Shown piece after piece: positions 63,205 to 64,000 of a stretch of 64,000 bases of DNA. Below the pieces are notes generated by a model that was not told the DNA's origin, searched no databases, and saw only the letters and a list, made by a program, of their open reading frames with translations. Origin of the DNA: Squalus acanthias (taxonomy: Eukaryota); NCBI GenBank assembly GCA_030390025.1, contig CM059432.1:125924001-125988000 (forward strand). The letters are read 5' to 3'. The position numbers were made by a program, and so were the translations under genes. Every line of letters starts with the position of its first letter. Position 1 is the stretch's first letter.

Positions 63205-63837
63205 GGGGGAAACATTCAGTATTGACCATTTTGGGGCGCTAACGTTGCCTGGGCGCAAACTTTAGCGCCTGCCGCTAATCGAAATTCAGTTTTAGTGCCC
63301 CAAAAGGGAGGTGGAGCGCTAAATCAAGCGGTCCACTTCCTTTTTGGAGCGCTAACCCCGAATATCAGGGCAGAGACTTCAGCAGCATTGCACACTGGGC
63401 CGTGCAGCGCTGCCGCGTTCAAAGGCTCCTTCCCTCCCTTAAAGGGAAGGGCCATTGCTGCAGGCGCTGCAATGGAAAAATTACCTACCTGGATCACCAA
63501 GGCTGCCGCTATCCCGCGCGATCAGCCCGGCACTCAAGCAGAGTGCTGGGCTGATCGATCGCGGGCAGGAAACTGCGAAAAAAACACCAACAGGAAAGGT
63601 AATTTTTTTTTTACTTACCTCGGTCACCTCGCCTTTAATCATCGCTCCCGAAGCGGCCGGCTGCCCGATGCCCGCCTCCTACAGCTGTCGGTGTTTTCAA
63701 CCGGCGCTGCTGCAGGGGGCGAAAGTCAATATGGCGGGAGTCGATGTCAGCGCCGTGCCCGGTCACAAAGCAATTTGCGTCCTGTTAGCACCCCGGGGGC
63801 GCTAACGAGAGGTGCAAAGGTACCCAATTTCTCCCCC
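63205..63837. mobile_element. GC-rich Harbinger-type MITE
   Basis: CAT|GGGGGAAACATTC ... AATTTCTCCCCC|CAT. Confidence 0.8.
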
Positions 63838-63877
63838 CATGTGTATACTTACACAGTGAGCATTGACAGGCTATTTA

Positions 63878-63999
63878 ACTTTCCCACATTACAACAGTGA
63901 CACCACTTCAAAAAAAAAAGTACTTCATTGGCCGTAAAGCACTTTGAGATATCCGGTGGTTGTGAAAGGCGCTATAGAAATGCAAGCCTTTCTTTCTTT
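63878..63999 (+). repeat. 3' tail of the Deu-SINE family
   Basis: Matches 25090-25202 and 22998-23110. Confidence 0.75.
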
Positions 64000-64000
64000 G

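Noticed and set aside
1..64000. CRISPR array or prokaryotic defence system
   Set aside because: Sequence is vertebrate repeat DNA; no regularly spaced direct repeats or operon structure

Overview
Non-coding, repeat-dominated vertebrate DNA, most likely from a cartilaginous fish (inferred from HE1/V-SINE-like, Deu-SINE-like and CR1/HER1-like repeats). I recognised no host exon. The centrepiece is a full-length, lightly degraded 12.85-kb provirus (27497-40348). It has 1.6-kb LTRs about 98% identical, a GCAG target duplication and a tRNA-Arg PBS. Gag carries an overlapping PSAP/PPxY late domain and joins pro-pol in frame across a UGA-CUA stop. Pol has a YVDD RT, a dead tether RNase H plus a second retroviral-type RNase H, and an integrase. 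Env resembles a paramyxo/pneumovirus F-type class I fusogen with an Ig-like module at its N-terminus. This architecture fits a lokiretrovirus-like lineage rather than a classical ERV or ordinary Gypsy element. The provirus sits inside a Harbinger transposon, and a Harbinger end later landed in its 3' LTR. The rest of the window is a Harbinger (HARBI1 + Myb/SANT) and MITE graveyard with CR1, L2 and RTE LINE pieces, SINEs, a solo LTR, Penelope-type fold-back repeats with minimal hammerhead motifs, and one locally templated 105-bp insertion. Family assignments come from motif recognition by eye, not database searches.
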